Of a stretch of 49,476 bases of DNA, positions 45,601 through 49,476 are shown one piece after another. The stretch is from Proteromonas lacertae (Eukaryota): NCBI GenBank assembly GCA_002245135.1, contig NGBS01000049.1, forward strand, positions 1 through 49,476, in the 5' to 3' direction. The notes beneath the pieces are model-generated. The model ran no database searches, had not been told where the DNA came from, and was given only the letters and a program-made list of their open reading frames with translations. A program made the position numbers and the translations under genes. Numbering within the stretch: the stretch's first letter is position 1; the number at the start of each line of letters is the position of its first letter.

Positions 45601-45885
45601 GGTAATAATGCTATAATGAAATGTGGAGGAGGTCGATCTGGTTATATAATGAGAAGATGTATTTATGTAGATGGAAATGCAGTTTGGCAGAATCCTATCG
45701 ATGAATGTTCAGGAAGTATAGTTGGTCCTTTAATAGGAATAATAATTGGTTGTATTATTGGAGGAGGAGTTTTATTTTTAGGAGGTTATTGTATTTATGT
45801 TCGAATAGGAGGAAGAACAAAACATGTTAGAAAAACCACAGAGCATATAGTTGATGCTTTGAAAGATTCAGGTGTGAGAATATAA
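39638..45885 (+). CDS. Giant type-I membrane protein (~2000 aa) with many He_PIG Ig repeats and PA14 domains
   Basis: Repeated LPxGLxLxxxxGxIxGxP motifs; PA14-like GFIDIEAAGEYTFY..RVFIDD and WEGYLHP..WIYIDN. Short introns near 39969, 41807, 42436 and 43074; frameshift in an A-run at 45559-45564; C-terminal TM IVGPLIGIIIGCIIGGGVLFLGGYCIYV. Confidence 0.82.
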
Positions 45886-46149
45886 ACCGACCTAGATAAA
45901 TATTATTATAATATTTTGTTGAAATTGTTAAAAAAACATAATTACACTTAAATAACACAACATCTTACAAATCATCAGCGTCATACTCTACATCACTTTC
46001 TATTTCATTTCTGTTGTTATGATATGGACTTGAGTTGACATTCAACATATCATATGATTTACTAATCGCTATATCATCTATTGATGCTAACAGTCTAGAT
46101 TTATATTTTTTTGAAGGTTTTAATAACCAACCTGCTTTCAATATTCTTC

Positions 46150-46396
46150 TATCTCTACAGCTCTCTCTCCATCAATATCACAATTTATCTTATCAAATAT
46201 GTCCATATTAACTTCTGGACTACATTCTCTCAAATCTACATCAAACTCTATTCCACTATTCATTTATATTTATATTTATTATACTATATTTCACTGTGTC
46301 CAAAATATCGAACACCTAATATTTTGGGATTCTTTTCTATCAATCTATCAAATTTATCTTGATTTTTTCTATCTAGACGTTCACGTGGTATAATAA
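46150..46396 (+). repeat. 247-bp near-identical direct repeat of 30885-31131
   Basis: Same sequence from TATCTCTACAGCTC to GTGGTATAATAA at both places. Confidence 0.92.
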
Positions 46397-46534
46397 ATTT
46401 TCTTAATTATATATTTCTTAATAAGAGAAATTCAAAAAATTCTCTACATGCTCAAATACTATTTTTTATTACATTTTTTATAGCAATTTTTGATGCTAGA
46501 TTCTGTAGTGAAATTAGATTTTTTTCTATATATA

Positions 46535-47906
46535 ATGATAAGTGCTATATTAATTGTCAATCAAAAAGGTGAATTGGTTATTTCACGTTTCTATAGGTAT
46601 GATAGAATACTTTTTGATCTTCTTTACTCATATTTTATAGAGGTGATGTAACAAGAGCTGCTGCCACAGCATTCAGAACAACAGTGATTGCTTCAAAAGA
46701 CACTGGCACGAAGCCTCCAATCACAACAATCAACAATACGACATTTATGTACATTCGTTTAGGTTCATTGTTCTTTGTTGCTATCACACGTAAGAATGTA
46801 AATGCAAGTATGGTATTCCACTTTTTATTTCATTTGGTTGATATTTTATCTGCTTATTTTGGTAAAAACTTCACAGAAGATGACATTCGTTCACAGTTCA
46901 CATTAGTTTACGAAATATTTGATGAAATATTAGATTACGGCTATCCACAAGCTAGTGGTATTGATATGTTAAAGATGCTGATAAATCTTGGTAATGTGCA
47001 AAGTACAGAAGCACAACCAGAAGCATCATTAACTGAACAAATTACTGGTTCTATTGATTGGAGAAAAGAAGGTATTTACCATCGTAAGAATGAAGTGTTT
47101 ATTGATGTATTGGAATCAGTTGATTTACTTATTGTATTAAATTATTTATATATTTGAATTAATAGAGTGCACAAGGAAATATATTACGTCAAGAGGTGAA
47201 TGGTAAAGTGATGATGAAGTCGTTCTTATCAGGTATGCCTGAATGTAAATTTGGATTGAACGATAAACTTCTAATGGAAGGTGATGGTAAGAAATCAAAA
47301 GGAAAGAAGAAAGTTAAAGGTGTAGAAATTGATGATTGTACTTTCCACAAGTGTGTTAAATTATCAACCTTTGATACTGATAGAACAATTACATTTATTC
47401 CACCTGATGGTGAATTTGAACTTATGAAATATCGTGTAACAGAGAATGTAAATGTTCCAATAAAAATACAACCAGTTTATGATGAATCAAGTAAGAGATC
47501 AATGATTATTAATATTAAAGCAACAGCTGATTTTGATCCAAAATTATTTGCTCAAAATGTTGCAATTCATATTCCTGTTCCTCCAACTACAGCTGTTTGT
47601 ACTCCAAAGACAATAGGTGGTCAAGCCAAATATGAGCCAGCTGAAAAAGCATGTGTATGGAGATTACGTAAATTCCCAGGTGGTACTGAATATACACTAA
47701 CAATAGAAGTTCAATTAGTTAGTTCAGCAGTAGATAGACCTTGGACATCAAGAGCTCCAATTAGTTTAGAATTCCAAGCGCCTATGTTCACTTCATCTGG
47801 TTTATATGTCAGATTCCTGAAAGTATATGAAAAGTCTTCATATCAAACTACTAAATGGGTTCGATATTTAACAAGAGCTGGTGAATATCAAATGCGTATT
47901 GTATAA
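46535..47906 (+). CDS. AP2M1: AP-2 adaptor complex subunit mu (3 exons)
   Basis: MISAILIVNQKGELVISRFYR, FDEILDYGYPQ, KNEVFIDV, LSGMPECKFGLNDK, FIPPDGEFELMKYR, KWVRYLTRAG. Introns 46597-46640 and 47134-47165. Confidence 0.92.
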
Positions 47907-48134
47907 AAAAATGAATTAGTTTTTATTTTATGAATTATTTGACTTGTTTCTGTTATTTTTATATTTTTATTTCAACTGTTTGACAGTAAAAAATATTGTT
48001 AAAAATGAAAGTCTTACTAGAATAGAAAAAAGATGTTTTGATATGTTCTTTCAAAATTTTGTGAACACCATATTTAATGACTACAGAATCTAAAATCAAA
48101 AACTGTTGTGAATATAGTTTTTAAAAATATAGCC

Positions 48135-49326
48135 ATGAAGCCTGTTTATAATCAGAAAAACAATAATATCTGTACACTATGTGCCACATTAAATAGTTTA
48201 AAGTGTGAAGATAAAGACCCCCCTTAATCAGAAACGTTTATTTTGGTTGAGTGAAGCCTTTTATGAAAGTGTGAATGTAAGAAGTGAAGAATTTCCTAAT
48301 GCTACTGGCAGTTATTATGGAAGAGAATTTGGTAGTGGTCATTTAAGAAGCACTTTTAGTGGATATAGTAATCGTGACGTAATGAATCTGTTAAGATTGC
48401 CATCCATTCCATGTGTCATACCTCCAGGTGAGGATGAAAGATATTTAGAAGGTGAACAGTATGATGAAGTCAAAAGCTTACCTCATAGCACGTTCTTCAA
48501 ATATGAAATGGATGAATATATTTTTGATACTATTTACAGCTTCAGTATGGGGAAAAAAATTGATAAAGAAATTTTAGATGAGTTATTAGATTTGCAAGAT
48601 GAACAAGGTGTAGTAGTGATTGTAGATGTATCGGAATCCTATTATGGACGTAAATGCGAAGCAATTAAGTTCAAATATAAAGGAGAAGATTGTATTTGCG
48701 ATGAAGAAATAGATTATCAAAGTGATGCTACGCATGGTAATAATCATGCTTTATGTGTTATTAAAAAACTCAAATCTGATGCTTATTACATATGTGAAAA
48801 TTCTATGGATATAAGAGGTCGATTTACAAAAGTAAGAATTGAATCAATGAAATCCTTAGCATTATATTGTGTATCCCGTGGAAGAAAATCAACTATACCT
48901 AGAATGTTGTACGCATTAATACCTAAAGGAGCCGATGAATTTGTAGAATATTGTATAGACAATATTAATGAAATAAAAATCAAATTCAGGTTCAATACTA
49001 GTGATTATAAAGGATATTATATAGATGCAATTGGTTTATATTCGATAGAAAATTTTAATTATGTAAGTATAACCATAGATAATATTGAAAATAAGGCAAA
49101 AGATGAATTTAACAATAATTTTGTAGGAAAAGATGTAGGTTTTATGGAATATAAACAAATAAGTGTTATTAATGGCTATGAAATTACTAATGATTGTTTG
49201 TGGATCGATGCATATTACAGATGTGAAAATTTACTTTCATTACCAAAATCAATCAAATACCAGTTCAAAATACAACATCCACATCATCTAGAATTGAAAT
49301 GTATAAATCTGGTGATAGTGTTATAA
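48135..49326 (+). CDS. Divergent papain-like (clan CA) cysteine protease, frameshifted at a C6 run (48218-48223)
   Basis: The upstream frame MKPVYNQKNNNIC gives papain-type Q-x5-C spacing; the main ORF gives GNNHALCV (His) and YYICENS (Asn). Confidence 0.6.
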
Positions 49327-49476
49327 GAATAAATATGATAATCAAGTATGCTGTGATTTGGTTTTTATTACCAAAGAAAGATTATATAGAAGAATATAAG
49401 CAATATCTTAAAACTATTCAAGATATATATAATCATTACAATGGTCAATTTACTGATATACATTTAATAATTAAAG

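Noticed and set aside
458..48995. Short antisense or overlapping ORFs (e.g. 458-718, 3677-3874, 8474-8689, 12005-12214, 16501-16692, 18524-18862, 24314-24589, 30742-31128, 48786-48995)
   Set aside because: Shadow frames of real genes in AT-rich DNA, with no motifs.

Overview
AT-rich eukaryotic genomic DNA, probably from a protist. The ~28-44 nt GT-AG introns and expanded He_PIG/PA14 surface proteins resemble Blastocystis-like stramenopiles, but that assignment is an inference. Bases 1-~25,970 are an endogenous Polinton/Maverick-like virus region. It carries a protein-primed PolB, double jelly-roll major capsid, penton, packaging ATPase, a basic core/lytic-type protein, a putative SSB, two adenain-like proteases and two rve integrases. 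The duplicated proteases and integrases suggest two adjacent or nested elements. No terminal inverted repeat was found by eye, and several genes carry frameshifts or in-frame stops. The most striking unannotated signal is a tandem pair of minus-strand structured RNA-like units at 4739-5035. Both have long G-U-containing terminal stems, GGG starts and oligo-T ends, and one has a perfect Pol III B-box. A related hairpin array lies at 7441-7725. Together these are candidate adenovirus VA-RNA-like ncRNAs in a Polinton. The element also has a 27-nt repeated promoter motif at fixed spacing, an E2F/CCAAT-like bidirectional promoter between PolB and the SSB-like gene, and shared GxG-basic candidate cleavage sites. 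The rest of the window is host DNA: a jacalin-like gene, a decayed hAT transposon, a shuffled cluster of PWWP/PHD duplicates, two divergent Ig/PA14 surface-protein genes, AP-2 mu, and a divergent papain-like protease. All calls come from motif recognition by eye; no database searches were run.
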